Assembly: GCA_010356995.1 (NCBI GenBank)
Contig: ML996704.1
Span: 124,001 to 188,000, forward strand
Direction of reading: 5' to 3'
DNA: 64,000 bases
Source of the DNA: Trichodelitschia bisporula
Lineage: Eukaryota
Positions 25,208 through 37,390 of this stretch are shown here, one piece after another. Position 1 is the first letter of the stretch, and every line of letters starts with the position of its first letter. The notes under the pieces were generated by a model. That model saw nothing but the letters and a program-made list of their open reading frames with translations, did not search any database and was not told where the DNA came from. The position numbers and the translations under genes are program-made.

Positions 25208-28200
25208 TCAAATACCCCCCCTCCCATCAGGACTAGGCGGCACAAGTTCCAGCACCGGAACCCCATCTCCCGCATCTCCCCCACTCCCCGGCCTCCTATC
25301 AGCCTCCTCCTCCGCCTCCCTCTCCTCGCGTATCCCCTCCGCCATCCCCGGCGCCGCCCCCCCCGCACTCGCAACCGAGCTCTCACTCGTAATCTGCCGT
25401 CTCCGTCTCCTCCTCGCACGTTCATCCTCCGCCGTCTCCCTCCTCCGTCTCGACCTCCCAGACAACTCCCTCGCCACATCCCCCGCCGCCGCTTCCTCAC
25501 CCCCGCCAAGCCCCATGAGCAACTTCTCCGCGCGGTCCGCGACGTCGTCTTCTTCCGGCTTGGGCTCCGCGTCCATCGGGTCGCCTTCCATTTCAACCGG
25601 GCTGAGCAACCCCGTTTCAGTCTTGGGCCCGTTGTTGTCCCCGGCTCCGCTCTCGTTGCTGCGCACCTGCACCAGCTCGTCCAGCTCCGGCATCTTTTGC
25701 CCCGACGCCACGCGAACGGCATGTCGATCCTTTAGCCGCGCGCGCCGGCGGCGATCGCGCTGATCACGTGCCTCCGGTTTCGCAGCACGCAGCTTAGCGA
25801 GCAAATCATCCATGGCGCCAGAGCCGGACGGCGAAACGGGCGCAGAAATGTCGGTCGGTGTATTCAGCTGCGTAGTGATAGCCTGTTTGCGCTTCATAGA
25901 AGCCTCGTTACGACGACGAGTGTCCTCGAGAGCGACGTTCTTCTCCCGGGATTTCTGGCAAATATCAGTAAATGCAGGAGTTCGAAGAGAAAAACGACGT
26001 ACCTTCCACTCCTTGACGAACTCGGCCATCTTAGCGAAGAACTCGCGCCGCGCGTTCTCGTCGCTCGGGTCCTCGCCGAAGAACGTCATAATGTCCTTGA
26101 ATGCGCCTGTCGTCTCCTCGAGGTAGAGCTGCATCTGCTCCGCCTTCCGCCGGGCTTCCTTCATGCAGCGCTGCACAACAACGCTCACCCGGTCCTCGGG
26201 ATGGAACTTGTTCGGATCCGACAGGTTACCCGCGTCGAGACTGGCTTGGACGTTCTTAATGTTATCGATGTAACGCTTTGCGTCCTGCATGAGGACATCG
26301 ACGTTGACCTTCTGCGCGACAACAACGCCCTCGATATCGTCAACGAAGCCCTCCCACTCAGGCCACTTCTGCCGCACGCTGCGCTCGACAAAGTCGGCAA
26401 AATTCGTCTCGTTCTGCGCATCCTTAACCATGCCGAGTCGGCTCAGCGAGCTGATCTTGAAGCCGCTGGCTTGCTTGTTGGCGTCGTTCATAAAGTTACC
26501 GACGAACAATATGAAGCCGAGGACGTTGAGCAGCGAGACCGAGTCTCGCAATGACTCCGACACTTTGACGACCTCACGCAACTTCGCTGCAATCTCATCG
26601 TACTCCGGCTCGAACGTCCTTGTGAGCATGAGCGCGCGTATGCGGGCCTTCCAGTAATGGTGCAGCTCAAACGCCGTATAAAGGTAAAGCTGATCCTCGC
26701 GCGTGAGCTCCGAAGGATCCATTTCGCGTTCCGTCTTGACCGCATTCGGACCAGTCCAGTCCTTGCTGTACGGCGCCATGAGCTTTGCAACATTGTCGGG
26801 GATATTACACATGTCGTCCTTTTGCAAGAACTCCATCACAACCTGATTATCCAGAATCTCCTTGTCGCAATGGATGATCATACGAGCAACATCCTCCACA
26901 GGGCGTTGCGAAAACTTCGACAACGAAATCTGCCAATTCTTCATCAGATCCGACGAAATGATCTGCTTCTTATCACTCTTCTTCCCAGCAGCCTTGCCAA
27001 TCGCCCGTGTCTCTTTGGCTAAGAACAGCCGCTCAACCTCATCGAGCACACCTTTGCGTGACAGCTCGCGGTACCGCTCTTCGCGCTCATCCAGCGTCTG
27101 TGTGTGATTCGCCCAGATGGTAACCTGCGGCGTGTCGACCTTCTCCCAATGCAGCGCCTTGAGCTTCTTCTTCGGTCTTGCGACACCCAGCGCCAGCGTC
27201 GAAAGCACAGGAGCGTCACCCTTTTGCGGCAAGAAGCCAGGCCCCCGCTTGGCACCAGGAAACGGGGGCGGGGGCGGCGCACCGGGCGGGCCACGCGCAC
27301 CGGGGAAAGGGGGTGGGGGAGGAGCCATCCGGCCACCGGGGGGAGGCGGCGGTGGCGGTGGTCCTCCGGACGCAAACCCGGGTAATGCAGGAGGTGGAGG
27401 CGCGCCAGACTTGAATCCAGGTAATGTCGGACCAGCCGCACCGGGGAAAGGCGGTGGGGGCGGAGGAGGAGCTCCAGACTTGAAGCCGGGTAGTCCAGGA
27501 GGCAGGGGAGGAGGTGGAGGCGCATTGCTCACGAAGCCAGGTAGCGAGGCCAGTTGGCCAGGCTTGGGAGGGGACTGCGAGCCGTCAAACTTGTCGTCGG
27601 CCGGGGTGCGGGGCGAATCGGCTTCGATGCTCGGGTGCGTAGTACCAGTAGTGACGCCATCGGCCTCAAGGCTCTCCTCGTCGCTATTATCGTACTTTTT
27701 GGCCCGTGCAGTCAGGTCACCAAGCACGCCGGTCATCATCTGCTGATGGTTAGCCGGGACGCGCGGCCGCACGCCAACGTCGACAATGCGGGCCTTTTCG
27801 ACCACGATATCGTCCTCTTCATCGTCAGTCGGCTTCGAGCCCACAGCCTTGCGCGGAATGCGGCGCATGCCAGAGCGGGACCCGCTGATGGAGCCGAAGT
27901 TGTAGCCCTCGAAGCCCGCTTCGTACTTCTGCAGCTCCTCTTCCCGGTCGTCCACCTCGCCGTCCATCTTCTCGCGCAGCTCGCGGAGCCGGTCCGATGG
28001 CGCCACCTGCTGCCACACCTTGCCCTCGAGCTTGGCCCGGGTCTTTGCGCGCTCGAGTTGCATTTCGAGTTTCTCCATCAGCTTCTGCCGATCAAGGATG
28101 CCCTGCATCTGCATAGGATCGACAATGGGTGCAGCAGGTCCGCTGGAAGCGCCAACGCCCACTGCAGCCGCCTCCTTACCGCTTCCAGAGGCCTTGTTGA

Positions 28201-30642
28201 CAGCAGAAGCTGCGGCGTCCTGAGCATCACGCAGCATCAGATACAGCTCGCGCGCCTCGAGCTCGTTGCGTTGCATCTCCTGTGCCCGCAGACGCTGAAG
28301 CTCCGCTACCTCCGCCTTGAAGCCATCAATCTGCCGATTTTGCAGATCAATCACCTCCTGCTGTTCGGCCAGCTGCTTCTGCAGCTTCGCGACCAGACCG
28401 TCGGCGCCGAGTTCAACCTGAGCTTGTACCTCGTCACGCTCCGCAATAGCTGCATCAGCAATCTGCTTCGCAGCGATGGCGTCGTCCCGCGCCTGTCGCG
28501 CCTCCGAGTCCGTGTAGAGCTTGTCGAGCAGGTTTTGCACTGTCAGGTTGAGGCTCTGCTTCAGATCCATATCGGGCAGCCGACGGTCCATGGCGACGTA
28601 GCTCATCATGGCGTCCACGAGCTGGAACATGCGGTCCCGGTCGTCCACGTCATTATCACGGATGATGAGCAAATGCTGCATCAAAGACACGAAATGATCA
28701 TGGGCCCGGGTATGCTGGATCTTCGACGCAATTGCATCGACAATCTGCGCTGGGTCGTTGAGGTCCTTGGCTTCGCCGTCGATGCTCTCTACGACGCTGC
28801 TGTTCTCGCGCTCCAGGATATCCTCGTAGTCGACAGCCTCATTGGAGCGGTACTGCTCAATTTGCTTGTCCAGGCCCTCGTAGTGGAACTCTTCCATCTT
28901 CTTGAGGATGCGCCGGATACCGCACGAGTTGAACTGCGCGCGCAGATGGCATCGTAGCTGCAGGTCCCGATGCGGCGTATCGACGATCATATTGACGAGA
29001 AGCAGCGACGAGATGGCGTATTCCATGAGGTGGTTCTCCATGCCGACGCCACCGCCGCGGATTTCATCGCTCGCGCCCACCAAGCTGCCGAACTTGCCGC
29101 GGCCATCAATGGATATCTCCACCCAGCGCATCCAAGAGTCGAAGCGGCCCGTCTCGCCAGACTGAGCCTTGACAGCATCAAAGGCCTGGATAACGCGCAT
29201 ATGGCCGTCTCCATCGTTCCAGTGGCACAAGAACGTCAAGATTTCGCTGATAGTCTTGCGAGTCTGAATGCGCATTGAGCTCAGGGACCCGATCATGGCC
29301 GTTATGACCTGCGTGTGTTGGAGGGCATTATCGGCGCCATACTTGCTGTTCATCAGAGTCTTCAAGCATTTGGCAATGTCGTACTCGCGGTCGAGATCCT
29401 TTTCCCGATTGCCCAATTGCGGTGCTGCGGGGCCTTGGCCTGCCCGACGATTGATCTTGCTGAGCACATTGGTGAGCGCAATCGTGCCCTGTGCCTCGAC
29501 AAATGCCTTCACCCAACCGATCGGTTGTGTGCGCAGGCTGACCGTGAGACTCTGGAGCTCCTTTGCCGATATCGAGTTGTCCATCACACGCCGCACATAC
29601 CACTCGGGGGAACCCTCCTCGTGCGCGCGGTCGAGGATGTTGCCGCCGCTATCAGCGCCATAGCGGCTGGTGTGCCGGCGCTTCTGTTCGCTCTGGTACA
29701 TCTGCAGCCGGTCCTGGTACACAAGTGTCCATTTCTTGGTGATGGGGTACGACTCCATCTGCCGTAGGGCCTGTTCGGGCATGCTCTTCCAACCACGCTG
29801 GTTCATCAGCTCGCGGAACGCCCGCTCAATCTCCTCGTCGGACGGACGATCCAACGAAAAGTCGCTTGGGGCGAAGGATGACTGGGACATGGATCCTGGG
29901 ATCTGCGATTGCGACAGCGTCTGGCGGTTGGGCGAGGAAGTGGGCCATTCGGGGTGGCCATTCGACGAAACGGTCGCTACGGACGGGTTCTGAAGGGAGT
30001 GTATGCTGGAGGCGCGATGCGACCCTAATGAATAGACGCTCGTCTGATCAGAGGACGCGCGAGTCAATTGTGAGTGTGCCGAGTCCGTACTGTTGTAGGA
30101 TGTGTAGTTTTGGGATGTACCGCTTCCCGCGTTACTTGCACGTTGCGCCATGCTCCACGATTGCATGGCCGCGATGCGGTCATTGCCATTCGCGCCGCCG
30201 GTCATGGAGCCGTGTGTCGGGGGCCGCGGGGGAGGCATGCCGCGATAGTGCTGCGGGTCGACAACAGGATACTGATGAAAGTCACCTCCGCCTTTGTTGA
30301 GATGGTGTGGTAGCGGATCTCGACGTCCCGCTACTTTGAACTCATCACCTGCATTGCGTAAGCACTTGACAACCACTGGAATACCGCCAGGAGCAACGAC
30401 GCCCTCAGCATTCACAACCCACCGGCAGTGTCTGTTCCGCCAGACCCAGGGCGGTCGAGCGTGTTGGTGGAGTGGCGATGCGAGTGGCGCGACGAATATG
30501 AGCCCGGTGCGCTGCTGCCAGCTGATGGCGAGGCCCGCGGCGTGTCTGAATCGTAGTCCTGCGTGTATTTGTCCTTGCGCATGAAGCCGAGTAGACCCTT
30601 TCCGCCTGACGACGCGCGCCCTTTGGTGTCCTGCGAAGGCAT
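25208..30642 (-). CDS. sepA: Formin (SepA/Bni1-like): GBD/FH3, FH1, FH2 and DAD
   Basis: SLRTQPIGWVKAFVEAQG (GBD), polyproline FH1, KKLKALHWEKVD...GNFMND..KQASGFK (FH2), GAMDDLLAKLRAA (DAD). ATG at 30642 (MPSQDTKGR); introns 30349-30422 and 25955-26002. Confidence 0.96.
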
Positions 30643-31610
30643 CACGGGCGCCGAGAAGGGTCCGTCCGCGGACGGGTTGAGGGTGAGGGACCGTAGCCGG
30701 TGCTGATGGACAGGGGACTGTAAGCAGCGTTAAGCTGACGGATGAGTTGTACACAAAAGTCTCAAAGACAGAGCGATCGCAAGACGAGCAGTTCGGCGCA
30801 CGTGTGGGAGGAGCAGTTGTTGGTATCGTGGTGGGACGGGGGGGGTGCGCTTGAACGGTGACAATCGGGATAGGCCGAGATGCAGGAGGTCAAGAGTGTT
30901 GAAGGAGAGGCGGTGCGTGATCTGAAAGTTACAGGAGAGGGGGCGGGTTTGTTGCTGATGTTTGTGAAGAGAGAGCTGCGGGTGACAAGCGACGTCCCTC
31001 TCTTTGCCCTTGGTGTTGACTTGGGATCCCGTGCCGTTCTCGTCTCGTCCCCTTTTGGGATTGGGGGGGTTGTGTTGGGGTTGTTCCTTCTCTTCTTCGC
31101 TCCTCATAGAGACGTTGGCGGCGCTTTCCCCTCCTAAAGCCAACCCCCTCTACTCCCTCCTCTACCCCCAGCCCCCTAATGAAACTCTCAGCCTTGGCAT
31201 TTTTATGTGCGCCTCATCCGTGTGCGGCTTGACAGTTGTGGCTTGTACTTCTACGTGCCTTATTCGACGGTAAGGCGCGCCCTAAGGCATCAATCCTAAT
31301 TGACAGCTCCACCAACTCCCTCTCCATCTCCATCCCCATCCATCTCATCCTCATCTCCCATCATCACCAACCACCAGCCTATCCGCCCTCTCCCTCGCTT
31401 CCACCTCTCTAGTCGCACGCACTGCATATCCACCCCAAATCTACAGGCCCACCCCTCGCATCACCCAGGAACACACGCTGCACCACCATGTCCCTGCGCC
31501 GCACCTAATCGGGCCACCTTCACCAACACCGCATCGCCTTCCGCACGTGACAGTACCGCATCACCACCACCATCACCATAACCATCACCATCCCCACCAC
31601 TACCACCACA

Positions 31611-32135
31611 ATGTCCACCCCCGCCCTCCTCAAATCCGTCCTCCCCCCCCTCTTCCTCGCCCTCCTCCTCTACCTCGCCACCGCCGTCCTCCTCCCCCTC
31701 TACCGCCGCCACCGCGCCCGCTACTCTCAATACCTGCCCGTTTCCACACCAGGCAGCGGGCCCTTCACCAACCCCCTCGCCGCCTTCGGGCCCCCTTCCT
31801 ACCGCGAAAGCACCAGTTTCACAACCCGCCTCACAGCACCACTGATACTGCTCCTGCCCGCGAGCTGGGCAGAGCGCTGGGAGAGGAGGCGGAGGGTGGA
31901 GACTGCGGAGGAAGAGATGGGTCCGCCGGCGGGGAGGACAGAGAGCGAGATGGGGGCTAGTGATACGGATTTTGATTCCGAGCTTGAGGATTTGGTTGTG
32001 CCCGGACGGAGGGATGCGTTGAGTCTTGATGCAAGGCCGGCGAGTGCGGGGAGGAGGAGGGAGGAGGTTAGGCGGTTGAGTCGGGAGTTGGAGGAGGGGT
32101 TTCGGGATGATAGTGAGAGTGAGGATGGGCGGTAG
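31611..32135 (+). CDS. Small single-pass membrane protein, conserved fungal hypothetical
   Basis: N-terminal hydrophobic helix, then RRHRARYSQYLPV, and C-terminal RRLSRELEEGFRDDS. Confidence 0.75.
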   Translation: MSTPALLKSVLPPLFLALLLYLATAVLLPLYRRHRARYSQYLPVSTPGSGPFTNPLAAFGPPSYRESTSFTTRLTAPLILLLPASWAERWERRRRVETAEEEMGPPAGRTESEMGASDTDFDSELEDLVVPGRRDALSLDARPASAGRRREEVRRLSRELEEGFRDDSESEDGR

Positions 32136-32288
32136 TGTGCGTGTTTTTGGGCTTGGGCATTGGGCACAGCTTTGGCGTTGATCATTTTGAGTTGGCAAGG
32201 ATACCCGGCGCAGTGTGAGGACACAGGTACAGCATACATCATGTGCATTAAACATCAACTACAAAGCTCCTACACCATTACCGCACAG

Positions 32289-33671
32289 CTACTTCTTTTC
32301 GCGCTGCCCATACGCCTTTGTCGCATAATCCCCCTTGTGCACAATCAGATCCTCAGGCCGGTAATCCTCCTTGCCGGAGAAGTAGCTCTGGAGGATGGCC
32401 TTTGTCCCCTCGGCATACCGCTTCTGCGCATCGATGCTCGTCCCGCTCATATGCGGCACCGTCGCATTGCCTCCACCCCACGGGTTGGCTGCATACCGCA
32501 GCGGGTGATCCTTCGGCGCCGGTTGCGGGTACCACACGTCGCCGCCGTAGCCGCGCAGGTGGCCTGACTTGAGCGCCTCAGCGACATCCTCCTTGACGAC
32601 GATGGCGCCACGGGCGGTGTTGACGAGCCAGGAGCCTGGATGCATTAGTTTCGAAGAGCGAAGAGGAAAAGAGAGGACCTACCGGGCTTCATCTTGGAAA
32701 TAAGCTCCTTGTTAAACAACCCCTTCGTCTTCTCATGCAGCGGGCAGTTGATAGTGACCACATCGCACTGGCCCAGCATCTCCTCCAGGCTCTCCACCCG
32801 GCGGCACCCGATCTCCTTCTCCTTCTCGGCGCTCAGCGGCTGGTAATCGAAGTACAGCAGCTCCTTGCAGTCAAACGCCCTGAGGCGCCGGAGCACACGC
32901 TCGCCGATACGTCCCACGGCCACGGTCCCGACAACCTTGTTCTCGAGATCATACTCATTCTTCGCCACGGCGGCCACGTTCCACTCCCCAGCGGCGATCT
33001 GCTCGTGCGCCGGCACGAAGTTCCGCACCAGCACGAGGATGGTCATGATGACGTGCTCGGCGACACTTACGACGTTGGATCCCGTGACTTCGGCGACCGT
33101 GATACCGCCATTCGTCTTGTTCGCGGCGTCCAGGTCGACGTGATCCGAACCGATGCCCGCAGTGACGGCGATCTTGAGCTTCTTCGCTTTGGCAAGGCGC
33201 TCCGCGGTGAGGTATCCGGGGTGGAAGCTGCATCCTCAGTCATACGCCTCAATGGGGATACGAGCCCACTCACGGCGTCGTAATAATAACTTCCGCATCC
33301 ACCAACTCCTTATCAAACATCGAATTCTCGCCCTCCTTATCACTCGTCGTCACCAGTGTATGCCCCTGCTCCTCAAGCCACTTCCGCAGACCGAGCTCAT
33401 TCTCCGTCGTGCCTAGCAGATTCGGCTCCTGCTCTGCATGCTCAAAGCCCTGGGTTATCAGCCTCGTCCACTCGGCCCGGGGATCTCTTACATCATACAA
33501 GACCATCAAAACTTTGCCCTGTCGTGCCGCACTCGCTGTTAGCCATCTCGTCGAAGCCGGCGCTCGCACGCCCGTCCACTGTCGCGCTGCACCTGCTGAC
33601 GCAGGGCGCAGCAACCGCGAGGCTGTGGTGGGGAGGCGGGAGGCGGAGGAGCGGAGGAGATGAGATACCAT
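32289..33671 (-). CDS. FDH1: NAD-dependent formate dehydrogenase
   Basis: [95 protein letters not shown]. Introns at 33450-33491, ~33228-33272 and ~32637-32682, plus an optional 33519-33668. Confidence 0.97.
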
Positions 33672-34839
33672 TGTGACTGTGGTTGTTCCAACAAAAGGAG
33701 ACTACTGCTCAAAAGGGGGGAGACTGTTATATGCGTCTGCCGCGTCAGCCAAGTGCACGTCGTTGACATCACACCCGCATGCCCAGGGTCCATCACATAC
33801 CTGGCGTAGATAAGCCTATGGGGATCGCAGGTAGTGTATTGGTTACAATGACTTCAATTCCGTGTCGGAGGTGCAAGCTTATAAACGAGATCGAGGCAAT
33901 CGTGTAGATGAGAGCAATTGCTCATCAACGCGCTGCCCGGGTTATATACCTCGCTTCATTCCCTTTCGCCCGCGAGCTTGTCATGGTGACACTTCGTGGC
34001 CCATCGCCACGAACTTCCCGTGGCGTCATCAAAGCGGGGTTGAACACGGCAACCCAGGTTGTCCCCCAGGCTGAGGGCGGCCTGGGTGGGGTTGCGAGCC
34101 CCGATCCCCGCGACGTAATACTGCATGGTTGCGGGCGGAGAAGTTCTCGGCACGGCGAACTGCTCGGATTAGGACATTATTCGATTTTGGGGAGCTTAAA
34201 CCCGGATCTGGGGCGAACGGGGATCAACTTGCCGCTTCGGGCAACAGTTCTATCGTCACTGCATTAGTTAGTCGTTTCGGGTTCGACTCCGACATCGGCA
34301 GCCACCCGTACTTTAGCCACAGTGGGCCAGCTAAAGCTTCGCTGCGCAACGCCGATGCTTATCCCGACTGTAAACCCGCCGCTATGAGCCGCAGCAGTGT
34401 AATCAGACCTCTTCTTATTCCCTCTTCCGCAGAACCGGTCAAGTAAGATGGTGATGCAGGCACGGCAGGTACCGTAAGTGCCGCAAGCGCGGGGTGCAAA
34501 CTGCTTCCTGCGTGCTCCACGTGCGCGGCCATCGAACGCGTGCGAGTGCCGCGTCCAGGGCTCCCGACGTCAATCAGGCCAGTCTGGCTCTCTGAAAGCA
34601 AGCTTTCTTGAACACGGCATCGCGGCGCGGCATCCCTTTTGTCCACGGCGACCCCGCAGACGAGACGTTCGCCCTAGGAACGTCCAGACGGGCTTGGGAC
34701 GCGAGGTGTTTCAGCCCTGTTTGTGCGCGGGGCTGGGAGGGGGCCGTGGGTTTGGAGAGGCTAAGGACGGAGGGTTTGCGTTGCTTTTTGCGGGAGCGAG
34801 GGATAAGGCTGGATTGAAGTGTTCTGGATAGTGGAAGCA

Positions 34840-35040
34840 AGGCTTGACGTGAGCGACAGGCGATTGGGTAAAGTGCAAATCGAGATGAAGACAAGAAGAG
34901 GAGAGGGTCAGAGACTTTCGAGACTGAATACACGATGATGTCAAGTATCTTCCTCTGCTCCTTCCTCCCATCATGCGCACATTACATCATGTTCCTTCCC
35001 CAAGCAAGTATGCTCCTTCCTGACGTTACCATGCTCCTGC
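34840..35040. repeat. Dispersed repeat copy A (paralogous to ~61750-61950)
   Basis: 25-nt identical core cgcacattacatcatgttccttccc (34976-35000 = 61886-61910) with alignable flanks in the same orientation. Confidence 0.8.
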
Positions 35041-35323
35041 CTCACGTCTGTATAACTGGATGTGTAAGAGCAATGGCTCGCTCGTGATCATGTGGCCTTG
35101 CTTGTATACATACATATCTACCTTTGGCCTCCGTCCGCGCGCTGGCGCGGTGCAGCCTTGCCGTAATGACCGTGATAAAGAAACATCCCCACTCCAGGTA
35201 TCAAATGGAATATGGTAGCGCGAATCGTGGTATACATGCGGCCCAACCCAACCCAGCCCAACACCAAACCCCATTACGCCGCTTGCGCAAAGAAAACACC
35301 TCCAAAAGACCCAAAAGAATGGC

Positions 35324-37390
35324 CTAAAAGAAGCCGGGCGGGCTCTTCGCCCCCTCCGCCCTAGACCCAGCACTCGGCTGCCCAAACGTCGAAGCCGGCA
35401 ATATAAACCCCTCATCCACTTTCAACTCCCGTTCCTCAATCCCATCCAACCACGCAAACTCACTCCCCCCCTCCAGGACCGGCCCCGGCCCCGCCCCCTC
35501 CCACTCCCCCTTCCGCCCACTCAACGGCGCCGGCACAGCACTCACGGGCCGCAACGGTGGCATAGGCGGCAAGTCGCGCTGAGCCTGCGCCTGTGGTGCA
35601 AAACCTGGGGCTGCGCTCAGTCGTATCCCGATCTGCACCGTAGCGGAGGAGTCAGCGCTCGACCCGCGCCGGTGGCCGAGTCGGGGATTGCGTGCCCACG
35701 GTGCGGCGGGGAGGGGTAGGCTGGCCTCGCCGATGTCGGTTATTGACACCGGGGCTTGGGGGCGCGAGCCCGGGATTAGGAGCTTGGGGAGGGACTTTGT
35801 GGAGGCGGTGCGGGTGGGGGTGGTTTTGGGGGGTGTGGATGGCGCGTAGGTCGCGAGGGGGAGGCGGATGTCGGTCGTCGGGGTGGATTCGATGGGTGTG
35901 GTGAGGGTTGGGGTTGGGAAGAGGCTGTAGGTGCTGCTTTTGTTGCGCGTGTGGCCGTTGCTGGATCCGGGGCCGGTGGAGATGGTTAGCGGGGCTGGGG
36001 GGAGGGGCCAGCGGGTTTTAGTCGAGTCGGTCGAGTTATTGCGCGTCTTGTGGTATATGGAAGAGGGGTAAATGGAGGATGGGAAGCGTGGGGCCTGAGC
36101 CTGATCCGCTTGGTACTGCGCGTAGACGTCGGACACTTTTTCGTCAGGGCGGAAACCTGAGTCCACGAGATGCAGCGGCGAGCTGATGGTCATGAGCTCG
36201 AGGTCGTTGCGGCCCCAGAGGCGGAAGCGCCGCTTTGCGTGCCAGGGCATGGAGCCGGGCTTGATAGCGGTGCGCGTGGCATTGGCGCGGAGGAAGAGGT
36301 GGGCGAAGGCGATGGCGGTGCCTGAGAAGAAGATTGCGAATTCGGCGATGCGTGAGGAGGTGAGATCCTTGTCGAAGGATTGGGCGACGGCTTGGGACCA
36401 GAAGGGGAGGATGAAAATCTGTTCAGTTAGAAAGATAGTGTGATTGCGTGATCGGCTTACGTAGATAACTGCGTTTAGCAGCAGATAGTACACCATCCGA
36501 GTCCCTGCAATCCGCTCGTTGGGGTCCACTCGCACCGTTCGGCGTAGCTGGAGTGCGATGATGCCGGCCATCAGCAGTGACATGATAATCAACATCGAAG
36601 TGATTCCGATCCCGAAAACAGAGTGCTTCACCGCCCGCCATATCATGTCTCCAAAGCACTTTTCCAGCGGGGGCCGAAGCTTCACCGGAATCCATGTCAG
36701 GATTAGGAGGATGAATGCGATGCCTGTGCAAACGAACGAAGCGTGCTTGCGGCGCGGCTTAAATGGTACTCGTCTTAACGCGCGGATTGTCATCTCCAAT
36801 CCAAAGATCAGGTGGAGATACCCGATGGAGAAGATTTCTAGAGCCGTTAGAGCGGTACTTCGACCAGGCATGCCACTTACGAGGAAAGACGACCTGTGCG
36901 GTATTGGGACATTTGGGCACGAACACAGTCTTCAACGCCGCGGCTTGGATCCAGATGAAGAAGAACTGTTGAAGAACAATTCCAAACCCAAGCAAGAGCG
37001 GAAAGCTCTCGGCCGGGTGCAGTTCATATAGAAACTCGAATCTCCTATGAGTGTTAGATATGCTTCAGTGGTTCTCGGTCAGCCTTACCGTGGCCGCAGC
37101 TTCACCTGCAACTTCGATGCTCTCCAGTTGTCGTACCAGATCCTGAATATGATCCACAATGCCACCACCATGCTCACACACCCAATCGCAATGTGCATCA
37201 CCCGAAGTTGCTGTACTTGAGCCAGTACGAGCTTGCCAATGATCGCGGTCGTGGTGTTCATCTGGCTCATCTCCATATCGCTCATCTTGCTCATATCCTG
37301 ACCGTAATTGAGGGCCCCTCGGTCCAAGGCGTAATCCCCCGCATGGTTCGTCAGGTACGCACCAAATATGGCACCTCCTTCAACTGCCAT
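35324..37390 (-). CDS. Multi-pass membrane protein with long disordered C-terminal tail (GPCR-like topology, function unknown)
   Basis: Four exons joined by short GT-AG introns (~37047-37088, ~36838-36880, 36419-36460). About 7 hydrophobic segments followed by a Ser/Pro-rich tail (HRRGSS.DSSATVQIGIRLS). Confidence 0.8.

Noticed and set aside
27554..28957. 467-aa plus-strand ORF (and other long antisense ORFs over SET2, byr4, nuo78 and TRS130)
   Set aside because: Antisense shadows of GC-rich coding sequence, with no independent domain features.
30643..30754. ORF-track N-terminus of the 1848-aa formin
   Set aside because: Artefact of reading through intron 30349-30422; the real first exon is in another frame starting at ATG 30642.
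34230..34305. GGGTTCGACTCC B-box/T-arm-like motif
   Set aside because: T-stem is incomplete and no D-arm, anticodon arm or good acceptor stem can be built; not a tRNA.
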